Shown here one piece after another: positions 54,753 through 63,425 of a DNA stretch of 64,000 bases. This stretch comes from an uncultured Candidatus Saccharibacteria bacterium (GTDB lineage: Bacteria; Patescibacteriota; Saccharimonadia; Saccharimonadales; EFPC-124). Each line of letters opens with the position of its first letter. The stretch's first letter is position 1. A model generated the notes under the pieces. The model made no database searches and had not been told where the DNA came from. It saw only the letters and a program-made list of their open reading frames with translations. The DNA is taken from NCBI GenBank assembly GCA_964550035.1, contig CAZJVU010000003.1:65383-129382 (forward strand), read 5' to 3'. A program made the position numbers and the translations under genes.

Positions 54753-56774
54753 ATGGGCTTGCGGGAGTATTTCCGGAAACGCAGTTTTAGCGAGACGCCT
54801 GAGCCAGAGGGCAACAGGAAGCCGGCGCGAGGCCGCGCTACTCCTCGGGCACAAGACGGTCGTCGGAGCAACACGACCTCGCGCCGCCATACGTTAAAAT
54901 TCGTTGTTCAGGAGCACCACGCCACCGCGCTGCACTACGATTTCCGCCTCGAGATGGACGGCGTTCTCAAAAGCTGGGCCGCGCCGAAGGGTCCGAGCAT
55001 GAATCCGCACGATCACCACCTGGCCATCCAGACCGAAGATCACCCTTACGAGTATCGCAACTTCGAAGGCGTCATCCCCGAAGGGAACTACGGCGCGGGT
55101 AACGTCATCATCTGGGATGAAGGCACGTACGAACCACGTGACCCGCAGGGCGACGAGAAGTCACTCTTGCGCGACCTGAAGAAAGGTCACGTCACATTTG
55201 TAATGCATGGCAAGAAACTCCAGGGCGAGTTTGCGCTCATCCGTATGCCGAATGCCAAGGAAGACGACGCCTGGCTTCTCATAAAGAAAGGCGACGAATA
55301 CGCCAACAGCACCGACGTCACCAAAGAAGACGAGTCTGTTCGCTCGCACCGCCATGTCGACGACCTCGGTGCGCACGGTAAGTTGCCTGATCTCAGCGAG
55401 TTTCCCAAAGTCCGCCAGCCCTGGACGGTCACGCCCATGCTTTGCACGCTCGTGGATGAGCCGTTTGACCGCGACGGGTGGATTTTTGAGATCAAATGGG
55501 ATGGCTACCGCGCGATCGGCACCAAGCATGGCGCCGACACGCAGCTTTACTCGCGCAATCAACTCGACTTCCGCGAGAGGTTTCCGCCCGTCGTCGAGGC
55601 GCTGCGCGAGATCAAGCACGACGTGATCCTCGATGGCGAAGTTGTTGTCGTGGATGATGAAGGCCGCGCACATTTTGAATGGCTACAAGGCTGGAATAAG
55701 GTCCCGCACGGCACACTCCAATATCACATCTTTGATATCCTCTGGTGTGACGGTCACGATGTGCGCAACTTGCCGCTCGTACGTCGCAAGGCTTTGCTCA
55801 GTGCCATCCTCCCGAAGAGCTCGGTGCTGCGCTACAGCGACCACGTCACTGGCAAAGGGCTCAAACTCTTCCACGAAATGCAGCGCCGCGGGCTGGAGGG
55901 CATGGTCGCAAAGCGCGCTGACAGCACATATCGTGAGAATGTCCGCGGTGGCGACTGGCTGAAAGTAAAGACACACATGCGCCAAGAGGTTGTGATCGGC
56001 GGCTACACTGAGCCACGTGGTGGGCGTAAATATCTCGGCTCGCTGCTCGTGGGCACATACGAGAAAGGTGAGCTGATATACCGTGGTCACTCCGGCGGCG
56101 GCATTGGCGATGAGCAACGCAAACAATTACAGGCAAAGCTCGCGCGGCTGGAGCGCAAGACGTCGCCGTTCAGCACCGAGCCAAAGCCGAACGCGCCGGT
56201 TCACTGGGTGAAGCCTGAGCTGGTATGTGAGATGGAATTTAGTGAATGGACGAGTGAGGGATCTATGAGGCATCCAGAGTTTAAGGGTTTGCGACCGGAT
56301 AAGAAGCCGGAAGATGTACACCGCGAGAAGTCAAAGTCCGTCAGCCACGCTGAGCATAGTCAGACCCACGCCAGCCAGCGCTCGTCTATGTCCTCTTCCC
56401 GACGGTATCGAAGCCTGGCGGCGAGGAGCGATAGCTCCGAGACCCAAGCCGGAGGGAACGGGGACATAGACGAAAAGCTGGTCCACGCAGAATCCTCAGA
56501 CGCCTCTTCGCCCCATTCTCCACCCCTCCTAAGACAGTCGGGATCGAAGAAGGGGGCGAGCGGCGTCAGCAGGCCGAATCGAAAAGTAAGGGACAAAAAG
56601 AAGGGGCGGACCGACCAACAGGACCCCAGTCCTTTAGTCTCCCGTTCGAACCAACTCACCTCGACAAAGTCTTCTTCCCCAAACACAAATACACCAAAGG
56701 CGACCTCTTCGAATACTACACCGCCGCCGCCGAGTACATCCTCCCCTACCTCAAGGACCGCCCACTCTCCATGA
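54753..56774 (+). CDS. ligD: LigD, phosphoesterase plus ATP-dependent ligase domains. The 3' third reads through a repeat insertion and out of frame into the polymerase region
   Basis: PE: FVVQEHHATALHYDFRLE..LKSWAAPKGPS. Ligase: EIKWDGYRA (KxDG), ...HPEFKGLRPDK. After ~56360 the sequence is low-complexity. Confidence 0.85.
   Translation: MGLREYFRKRSFSETPEPEGNRKPARGRATPRAQDGRRSNTTSRRHTLKFVVQEHHATALHYDFRLEMDGVLKSWAAPKGPSMNPHDHHLAIQTEDHPYEYRNFEGVIPEGNYGAGNVIIWDEGTYEPRDPQGDEKSLLRDLKKGHVTFVMHGKKLQGEFALIRMPNAKEDDAWLLIKKGDEYANSTDVTKEDESVRSHRHVDDLGAHGKLPDLSEFPKVRQPWTVTPMLCTLVDEPFDRDGWIFEIKWDGYRAIGTKHGADTQLYSRNQLDFRERFPPVVEALREIKHDVILDGEVVVVDDEGRAHFEWLQGWNKVPHGTLQYHIFDILWCDGHDVRNLPLVRRKALLSAILPKSSVLRYSDHVTGKGLKLFHEMQRRGLEGMVAKRADSTYRENVRGGDWLKVKTHMRQEVVIGGYTEPRGGRKYLGSLLVGTYEKGELIYRGHSGGGIGDEQRKQLQAKLARLERKTSPFSTEPKPNAPVHWVKPELVCEMEFSEWTSEGSMRHPEFKGLRPDKKPEDVHREKSKSVSHAEHSQTHASQRSSMSSSRRYRSLAARSDSSETQAGGNGDIDEKLVHAESSDASSPHSPPLLRQSGSKKGASGVSRPNRKVRDKKKGRTDQQDPSPLVSRSNQLTSTKSSSPNTNTPKATSSNTTPPPPSTSSPTSRTAHSP
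56366..56575 (+). repeat. Palindromic repeat element, copy B (210 nt, in frame within ligD)
   Basis: Aligns to the reverse complement of 732-985 with a ~45-nt deletion in one arm; 70 codons with no stop in the ligD frame. Confidence 0.8.
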
Positions 56775-57520
56775 ACCGCATGCCCAACGGCATCAAAGGC
56801 CCAAGCTTCTTCCAGAAAAACAACGAGCACCTGCCCGATTGGGTCCCGAGCGCTGACATCTGGAGCGACAGCAACAACGCCGACCTGCATTGGATTGTCG
56901 GCGACAAGCTCGACACGCTCCTCTACCTCGTACAGCTTGGTTCGATCGAAATCAACCCCTGGAACTCACGCGTCGGTCAACTCGACAGACCCGACTGGAT
57001 CGTCATCGACCTTGACCCCGAAGGCGTCACATTCAACGACGTCATCAAGGTGGCCAAAACAGTCCACGAAGTCACCAGCGAATGGGACATCCCAGCCTAC
57101 CCCAAGACTTCCGGCAAGACCGGCATTCACATCTTCATCCCCATGGGCGCGAAATACACCTACGAACAAGCCAAGAACCTCGCCCACCTCATAGCCCTTG
57201 AGGTCAACAAGCGCCAGCCCAAGCTTACCAGCGTCGAGCGTAACCCAGAGAAGCGCAAACACCGTATCTATCTCGACTTCCTCCAAAACCGCGAGGGTCA
57301 AACCCTCGCCGCGCCTTACTCTGTCCGCCCAACCGAGGAAGCCAGCGTCTCGATGCCGCTCCACTGGCGCGAAGTGAAGCTCGGCCTCAGCCCCATGGAC
57401 TTCACCATCAAGAACGCCCTTGCCCGCCTCAAGCGCACCGGCGACTTATGGGAGCCAGTCATGGGTAAGGGCATCGACCTCGCAAAAGTCCTGAAAAAAA
57501 TTGAATCTTCCAGCAAGTAA
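56435..57520 (+). CDS. ligD: LigD polymerase/primase domain reading frame (-1 relative to upstream ligD ORF)
   Basis: Frame open from 56435. It translates ...FEPTHLDKVFFPKHKYTKGDLFEYY...RPLSMNRMPNGIKGPSFFQKN...IVIDLDP... No ATG/GTG/TTG before ATG 56771. Confidence 0.75.
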   Translation, partial: LRDPSRRERGHRRKAGPRRILRRLFAPFSTPPKTVGIEEGGERRQQAESKSKGQKEGADRPTGPQSFSLPFEPTHLDKVFFPKHKYTKGDLFEYYTAAAEYILPYLKDRPLSMNRMPNGIKGPSFFQKNNEHLPDWVPSADIWSDSNNADLHWIVGDKLDTLLYLVQLGSIEINPWNSRVGQLDRPDWIVIDLDPEGVTFNDVIKVAKTVHEVTSEWDIPAYPKTSGKTGIHIFIPMGAKYTYEQAKNLAHLIALEVNKRQPKLTSVERNPEKRKHRIYLDFLQNREGQTLAAPYSVRPTEEASVSMPLHWREVKLGLSPMDFTIKNALARLKRTGDLWEPVMGKGIDLAKVLKKIESSSK

Positions 57521-57549
57521 CCGCGTCCGTCGCGTGATACAGTATATAT

Positions 57550-57960
57550 ATGACACGGGCGCGTATTGCGATCTTAGGGGTAGTAGCTCTTCTTTGTATT
57601 GGAGGAATAGTGACGGGCGTCTTTGCGCTAGCCAATAACTCGCTCGGCTCGCCCAAAGAGCACACGCATACGGCCTGCAGTGGCGACCATAACGAGTACA
57701 CCGTTACCATCCAAAACGCCAAGCTCAGCATCGACAATATCCATGCCAAACGCTGCGACAAGCTCACCATCATAAATGGCGACGATACATTACGGCTCAT
57801 GGCCTTTGGCGTCCACGACCATCACCAAGCATACGACGGCACCGAGGAAAAGACCCTCAAGCGCGGCGATCAGCTGAGCGTCACACTCGACCAAGCCGGC
57901 ACATTTACCTTCCACGACCACTTGCACGATGAAGTAAAAGGCACATTCACGGTGGAGTAA
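57550..57960 (+). CDS. Membrane-anchored cupredoxin-like protein
   Basis: N-terminal TM; C-terminal GTFTFHDHLHDEVKGTFTV beta-sandwich signature; ATG directly follows TACAGTATATAT (leaderless?). Confidence 0.6.
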   Translation: MTRARIAILGVVALLCIGGIVTGVFALANNSLGSPKEHTHTACSGDHNEYTVTIQNAKLSIDNIHAKRCDKLTIINGDDTLRLMAFGVHDHHQAYDGTEEKTLKRGDQLSVTLDQAGTFTFHDHLHDEVKGTFTVE

Positions 57961-57964
57961 GGCT

Positions 57965-58852
57965 ATGAAGTTTACCTTTCCCAAACAGCTCAAAGTCCTT
58001 CTCATCACTGGCGGCATCCTCGTCACGCTTGCGGCGGTTGCGGCAGCGATATGGTTTATCAGCAACCACAACATTGCCGTGCTCAACCCGATGGGAACGA
58101 TTGCTGATCAGCAGCGACAACTACTAACTACCTCCGTATTACTGATGGCGCTGGTGGTGATTCCCGTCTTTGTGCTCACCTTCGGCATCGCCTGGCGATA
58201 TCGCGCCGGCAACAAGAAAGCCACGTACTCGCCTGAGCTTACTGGCAATAAGTGGGCTGAGGCGATCTGGTGGCTGATTCCGTTTGCAATCATCGTCGTT
58301 CTCGCTGGCATGGTTATTGTGAGTAGTCACACGCTCGACCCGTTCAAGAAACTTACGAGCAATAAACCGCCGCTCAAGGTACAAGTCATCGCGCTGGAAT
58401 GGAAATGGCTGTTCCTGTACCCCGAGCAGCACGTCGCCGCGGTCAACTACCTGCCGATTCCGACTGACCGACCAATTGATTTCCAGCTGACGAGCGATGC
58501 GCCGATGAACTCATTCTGGATTCCACAGCTCGGCGGTCAAGTCTACGCCATGTCGGGCATGAGCACACAGCTGCACCTCATGGCCAGCAAGCCGGGCGAC
58601 TACCGCGGCTCGAGCGCGAACATTAGCGGTGAAGGATTCGCCGGTATGACATTCACGACACACGCCACACCGCAATCCGACTTCGACAAGTGGGTTGCCG
58701 AAACGCAAAAGTCAAACAAGACAATGACGCTGGACACCTACAACGACCTCGCCAAGCAGTCCAAAAATGTCCCACCAGCTAGCTACACGTTCCCCGCCGC
58801 ATACGACAAACTCTACGATACCGTCATAATGAAATACATGTCACACCAGTAG
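57965..58852 (+). CDS. cyoA: Cytochrome bo3-type quinol oxidase subunit II
   Basis: Two TM helices plus a cupredoxin domain lacking CuA Cys ligands (quinol-oxidase type). Confidence 0.9.
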   Translation: MKFTFPKQLKVLLITGGILVTLAAVAAAIWFISNHNIAVLNPMGTIADQQRQLLTTSVLLMALVVIPVFVLTFGIAWRYRAGNKKATYSPELTGNKWAEAIWWLIPFAIIVVLAGMVIVSSHTLDPFKKLTSNKPPLKVQVIALEWKWLFLYPEQHVAAVNYLPIPTDRPIDFQLTSDAPMNSFWIPQLGGQVYAMSGMSTQLHLMASKPGDYRGSSANISGEGFAGMTFTTHATPQSDFDKWVAETQKSNKTMTLDTYNDLAKQSKNVPPASYTFPAAYDKLYDTVIMKYMSHQ

Positions 58853-58857
58853 GAGGA

Positions 58858-60801
58858 ATGATGTTCGGACGACTTACTCTCGATGCAATCCCTAAAGAAC
58901 CGGTCACCCTCGGTGGTGTTGCAACGATGCTTTTGGGCGGCTTGGCCGTTGTGGCGCTCATCACGTACTTCAAAAAGTGGCGCTGGTTGTGGCAGAACTG
59001 GCTCACCTCGCTGGACCCAAAGAAAATTGGCGTGATGTATCTGGTCGTCGCGGGTATTATGCTGCTGCGTGGTCTTGGCGATGCACTGCTCATCCGTGTG
59101 CAGCAAGCGCTCGATGCCAATGCGCCGCTCAGCACCGACACGTTCCAGCAGATCTTTTCGGCGCACGGCACGATGATGATTTTCTTTGTGGCCATGGGCG
59201 TGATCTTTGGCATGATGAACCTCCTGATACCACTGATGATTGGCTCGCGCGATGTGGCGTTTCCGTTCCTGAACGCGGTGAGTTTCTGGCTGTTTGCCGC
59301 CGGCATGGTGCTGGTGAATGTGTCGTTGATGGTCGGTGAATTCCAGGCCGCTGGTTGGCTGGCTTATCCGCCGCTGAGCGAGCTCCAGTATAGCCCGGGT
59401 GTCGGCGTGGACTACTGGCTTTGGACGCTCCAGATTGCTGGCGCAGGAAGTTTGCTGAGTGGCATTAACTTTATGGTGACGATCATCAAAATGCGCGCGC
59501 CGGGTATGACGCTGATGAAGATGCCGCTTTTTGTATGGGCGTGCCTCGGCAGCTTGAGCCTTATCGTCGCTGCGTTCCCGATTCTCACCGCGACGCTGGC
59601 TATGTTGTCGCTGGACCGATTACTGGGCATGCATTTCTTTACGAGTAACGCCGGCGGCAACCCGATGATGTATATCAACCTCATCTGGGCATGGGGGCAT
59701 CCAGAAGTCTACATCCTCGTGCTACCGGCATTCGGCGTTTTCTCGGAAGTCGTAGCGACGTTCTCGCGTAAACCGCTCTTTGGCTACACCAGTATGGTGT
59801 GGGCGATTGTGGGTATTACCCTCCTGTCGTTTGTCGTATGGCTGCATCACTTCTTTACCATGGGCGCGGGTGCAGATGTGAATGCGTTCTTTGGCATCAT
59901 GACGATGATCATTGCTGTGCCGACGGGCGTGAAGGTCTTTAACTGGCTGTTCACGATGTACCGCGGCCGCGTCAGGTTCACCACACCGATGCTGTGGTTT
60001 ATGGGATTTGTTACGACATTTACGATCGGTGGCGCGACGGGCGTGTTGATGTCCGTGCCGGCGGTTGATTTCCAGATTCACAACAGTCTGTTCCTGGTTG
60101 CACACTTCCACAATATGATCATCGGTGGCGTTATCTTTGGCGCCATGGCTGGGCTGACGTATTGGTTCCCCAAGTTTACCGGTTTTCGCCTCAATGAATT
60201 CCTGGGCAAATGCGCGTTCTGGTGCTGGCTGGGCGGATTCCTTTTGGCCTTCGTACCGCTCTACATCCTCGGTCTGATGGGCGCGACTCGCCGCCTTGAC
60301 CATTACGACCCGTCGCTTGGCTGGCAATGGTTGTTCATAGTGGCTGGGTTCGGCGTGTTACTGATCTTGCTCGGCGTTGGTTTCCAGCTGCTGCAGATTG
60401 GCTACAGCATTTGGGACCACAAGAAGCACCCGAAGCCGGCAGAATCCGACCCATGGGATGGTCGCACGCTCGAATGGGCCGCATCTTCGCCGCCAAAGGA
60501 ATACAACTTTGCGGTTATTCCAACCGTCACCGAACGAGACGCCTTTTGGCATACAAAACAACGCGGTGTTGAGGTCCCCAAACACTACGAAGACATCGAA
60601 ATCCCCAAGAACACGCCACTCGGCATGTTCATTGCCGCCGGCGCGTTCCTGATTGGGTTCGGACTGGTGTGGCATATGTGGTGGTTGGCGATAGCTGGCT
60701 TTGTCGCAATTGTCGTGTTCATGCTTGTACGTTTTAGCGACGACAACACCGAACGGGTCATTACTGCCCGTGAAGTCGAGAAGATGGAGGCTGCGCTATG
60801 A
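58858..60801 (+). CDS. cyoB: Quinol oxidase subunit I (heme-copper oxidase)
   Basis: [25 protein letters not shown] motifs; 647 aa. Confidence 0.95.
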   Translation: MMFGRLTLDAIPKEPVTLGGVATMLLGGLAVVALITYFKKWRWLWQNWLTSLDPKKIGVMYLVVAGIMLLRGLGDALLIRVQQALDANAPLSTDTFQQIFSAHGTMMIFFVAMGVIFGMMNLLIPLMIGSRDVAFPFLNAVSFWLFAAGMVLVNVSLMVGEFQAAGWLAYPPLSELQYSPGVGVDYWLWTLQIAGAGSLLSGINFMVTIIKMRAPGMTLMKMPLFVWACLGSLSLIVAAFPILTATLAMLSLDRLLGMHFFTSNAGGNPMMYINLIWAWGHPEVYILVLPAFGVFSEVVATFSRKPLFGYTSMVWAIVGITLLSFVVWLHHFFTMGAGADVNAFFGIMTMIIAVPTGVKVFNWLFTMYRGRVRFTTPMLWFMGFVTTFTIGGATGVLMSVPAVDFQIHNSLFLVAHFHNMIIGGVIFGAMAGLTYWFPKFTGFRLNEFLGKCAFWCWLGGFLLAFVPLYILGLMGATRRLDHYDPSLGWQWLFIVAGFGVLLILLGVGFQLLQIGYSIWDHKKHPKPAESDPWDGRTLEWAASSPPKEYNFAVIPTVTERDAFWHTKQRGVEVPKHYEDIEIPKNTPLGMFIAAGAFLIGFGLVWHMWWLAIAGFVAIVVFMLVRFSDDNTERVITAREVEKMEAAL

Positions 60802-61379
60802 ATAACGACGCAGTAGCAACGACTCGTTCCGACAAAACAATCTTTGGGTTCTGGGTCTACATCATGACCGACTGCGTATTGTTTGCGACGCTTTTTGCGA
60901 CGTACGCCGTGCTACGTAATTCGACTGCGGGCGGACCGAGCTCGCACGATCTCTTTAATATGCCGTATGTACTTGTCGAGACGCTACTTCTTCTGACCAG
61001 CAGCTTTACGTGCGGGCTCGCACTGCTCGCGGCACGCACGCAGAAACTCAAACAGGTTAGCGTCTGGCTGAGCATCACGTTCCTGCTCGGGCTGTCGTTC
61101 ATCACGATGGAGCTGACCGAGTTCGCGCACCTTGCTGCCGAGGGCAACAGCTGGAATGCCAGCGCGTTTCTGTCGGCGTTCTTTACGCTTGTGGGTACGC
61201 ACGGGCTGCACATCAGCATCGGGCTGCTGTGGATGCTCGTGATGGGCGCATTCCTCCTGCGCCGCGGGCTGAATGAACATTCTACGCGGCGCCTCGAGTT
61301 GTTTAGTATTTTCTGGCATTTCCTGGATATTGTATGGGTATTTATCTTTACCATTGTGTATCTGATGGGGGTCGCATAA
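60798..61379 (+). CDS. cyoC: Quinol oxidase subunit III
   Basis: 5-TM subunit III pattern; 4-nt overlap with cyoB. Confidence 0.9.
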   Translation: MNNDAVATTRSDKTIFGFWVYIMTDCVLFATLFATYAVLRNSTAGGPSSHDLFNMPYVLVETLLLLTSSFTCGLALLAARTQKLKQVSVWLSITFLLGLSFITMELTEFAHLAAEGNSWNASAFLSAFFTLVGTHGLHISIGLLWMLVMGAFLLRRGLNEHSTRRLELFSIFWHFLDIVWVFIFTIVYLMGVA

Positions 61380-61723
61380 TGAAACGGTCACTTGTTCGCT
61401 ACATCAGCGGGTTTGTATTGTCTCTGCTGTTTACAGCTGCGGCGTACCTGGCTGTTACGCAGAAAGTCTGGGGCGCCGGAGCGCTCGTGGGCGTGATCAT
61501 CGGGCTTGCGATTGCGCAGGTGCTCGTGCAGCTGTATTTCTTCTTGCACCTGGGGCAAGAGACGAAGCCGCGATGGAAGCTTATGGTCTTGATCTCGACA
61601 ATCGGCATCCTTGGTATCCTCGTGTTTGGATCGCTCTGGATTATGCAGAACCTCAACTACAATATGATGTCGCCGCAAGAAATGAACGTCTACATGATCG
61701 ACCAGAACAGCCGAGGCTTTTAG
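61379..61723 (+). CDS. cyoD: Quinol oxidase subunit IV
   Basis: 114 aa, 3 TM helices; TAATG overlap with cyoC. Confidence 0.8.
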   Translation: MKRSLVRYISGFVLSLLFTAAAYLAVTQKVWGAGALVGVIIGLAIAQVLVQLYFFLHLGQETKPRWKLMVLISTIGILGILVFGSLWIMQNLNYNMMSPQEMNVYMIDQNSRGF

Positions 61724-61726
61724 CGA

Positions 61727-62590
61727 GTGTCCAAACTTAACGCGTATTTTCAGCTCACTAAGCCAGGTGTACTTTTCGGCAATGCACTGTCGGCTTTGGC
61801 GGGGTTTTTGTTTGCGAGTGGCGGTGCGGTCGATGTATGGCGCTTCGTATGGTTAAGCATCGGCACGACGCTGCTCATTGCATCAGCCTGCGTACTCAAT
61901 AACTACCTCGACCAAGACATCGACGCCAAAATGTCGCGCACCAAGAAACGTGCCGCCTGGATGCGAACGGTTGGCGGGCGAGGCGCTGTTAGTTTCTCGA
62001 TCGCTTTGGGCGTCGTCGGGCTTGGTGTGCTCATCGCCTACACCAACCCCTGGGTCGTGCTCATCGAGCTCATCGGCTGGTTTGACTACGTGGTGCTCTA
62101 CGGCATGTGGTCAAAGCGCACGTCCGTCCATGGCACCCTCGTCGGTAGCATCTCTGGCGCGGCGCCAATCCTGGCAGGCTACGTCGGTGCGCGTGGCTCT
62201 ATCGACATAGGGGCGGTGCTGATCTTCCTCGTCCTTTTCGTGTGGCAGATGCCAGAGTTCTATTCCATCTCGATCTATCGCCGCCGTGAATACGCTGCCG
62301 CGGGTATACCCGTTATTTCGGTCGTGCGTGGCGTCAAACGGACGATCACCGAAATTTTTGTGTACACTATACTCTTCACGATCTTTGCGCTCGCGCTCGG
62401 CCTAACTGGCTATGCGAGTACAACGTACACCGTTATTATGGCGCTCGTGTGCGCGTTGTGGCTGCGGGTTGGACTCCAAGGCTTCGCAGCTGAGGATGCA
62501 GACACCTGGGCTCGCAAGATGTTCAAATTCGCCATCAATATTCTCCTGCTTTTTTGCGTCCTCGTCGCCATCGACCCATGGCTCCCGTAG
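61727..62590 (+). CDS. cyoE: Protoheme IX farnesyltransferase (heme O synthase)
   Basis: UbiA-family NNYLDQDIDAKMSRT motif; GTG start. Confidence 0.9.
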   Translation: MSKLNAYFQLTKPGVLFGNALSALAGFLFASGGAVDVWRFVWLSIGTTLLIASACVLNNYLDQDIDAKMSRTKKRAAWMRTVGGRGAVSFSIALGVVGLGVLIAYTNPWVVLIELIGWFDYVVLYGMWSKRTSVHGTLVGSISGAAPILAGYVGARGSIDIGAVLIFLVLFVWQMPEFYSISIYRRREYAAAGIPVISVVRGVKRTITEIFVYTILFTIFALALGLTGYASTTYTVIMALVCALWLRVGLQGFAAEDADTWARKMFKFAINILLLFCVLVAIDPWLP

Positions 62591-62591
62591 T

Positions 62592-62620
62592 TTGACGTGA
62601 TGAAATAACAATGCTATAAA
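62592..62620 (+). promoter_or_regulatory. Sigma70-type promoter for 62666-63058
   Basis: TTGACG-17 nt-TATAAA. Confidence 0.55.
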
Positions 62621-62665
62621 TATACTTTCAACCATCCGACTACGTAGTCCTGGAGAGGCAGCACC

Positions 62666-63058
62666 ATGCGGCGGCGACTCATAGCCCTGCTCGTACTCGC
62701 GCTCACGCTCCTCGCTAGCTGCGGGCGTGAGCCCTACGACCCGTCCAGCCCGATCGAACAGCAGCCGGCCAAGGCTGAGCAAGTGGTTCAGTACCAGGAG
62801 CACGACCTTTTCTGCATCGAGCAAGCCCTTGCTCACCAGGCGAGTTCGTACACCTGTGACTTCGCCAGCTTTTACAACGAGCCGCCCAAGCACGGCTCGA
62901 AGCTCCCCACGGCGAAGGTCACGCTGGCGACCATACCGTACCGAGGCCACACGCTGTACTGCTTCGCCTACGACGGCGGACACAACAGCACCGGCTTCAC
63001 CTGTGACTTCGAGCGGTTCTATCGCGAAAACAAAGGGCCATTCCCGGACCACGGCTGA
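62666..63058 (+). CDS. Lipoprotein with duplicated [YF]TCDF..FY.E motif (GC-rich orphan)
   Basis: Lipobox LLASC|G; YTCDFASFYNE and FTCDFERFYRE; GGAGAGG SD. Confidence 0.6.
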   Translation: MRRRLIALLVLALTLLASCGREPYDPSSPIEQQPAKAEQVVQYQEHDLFCIEQALAHQASSYTCDFASFYNEPPKHGSKLPTAKVTLATIPYRGHTLYCFAYDGGHNSTGFTCDFERFYRENKGPFPDHG

Positions 63059-63062
63059 ACAA

Positions 63063-63111
63063 CGCGCCCGATGAGCAAGCGCCCTCCATGTGCGGGTGCT
63101 CATCCGGGCGC
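63063..63111 (+). terminator. GC-rich hairpin
   Basis: gcgcccgatgagca / tgctcatccgggcgc. Confidence 0.6.
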
Positions 63112-63168
63112 TCACACATGAACTTATTGCTATTTTGAAAAGAAACCTCGACTCGGTATACTACGCTT

Positions 63169-63423
63169 ATGGTACTCATCCTTCATATTCTTATCGCACT
63201 CTCAAGTATTATCGTCAGCGGACTTGCCTATGCCCGCCCAAGCGCCGCACGACTCAATGCGTCGTACGGACTTGTCGCCGCGACCCTCGCAACCGGTACA
63301 TTCCTCGTCGTTTCTGCGCCATCGCATCTGGCGAGTGCTTGCGTTTCTGGTCTTGTATACCTCGCTACTGTGAGCGCTGCCATCATAGCGGCGCGCGCCA
63401 AACTTGCCCACGAGCAGATCTAG
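63169..63423 (+). CDS. Small membrane protein
   Basis: 84 aa, 3 TM helices; stop 2 nt before the next ATG. Confidence 0.5.
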   Translation: MVLILHILIALSSIIVSGLAYARPSAARLNASYGLVAATLATGTFLVVSAPSHLASACVSGLVYLATVSAAIIAARAKLAHEQI

Positions 63424-63425
63424 CC

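Noticed and set aside
26714-59518. Other CUGAUGA heptamers (44205, 45011, 54711, 59233 and 59512 on plus; 26714-26720 on minus)
   Set aside because: All lie inside coding regions. None is followed by a stem II hairpin plus GAAA with complementary flanking stems I and III. These are chance occurrences.
63090-63425. Extension of the DUF1697 ORF to 288 aa
   Set aside because: The extension is Arg/Cys-rich nonsense overlapping a plausible 3-TM small protein in another frame. The family-typical start MKFVAFLRGINVGG is at 63426.
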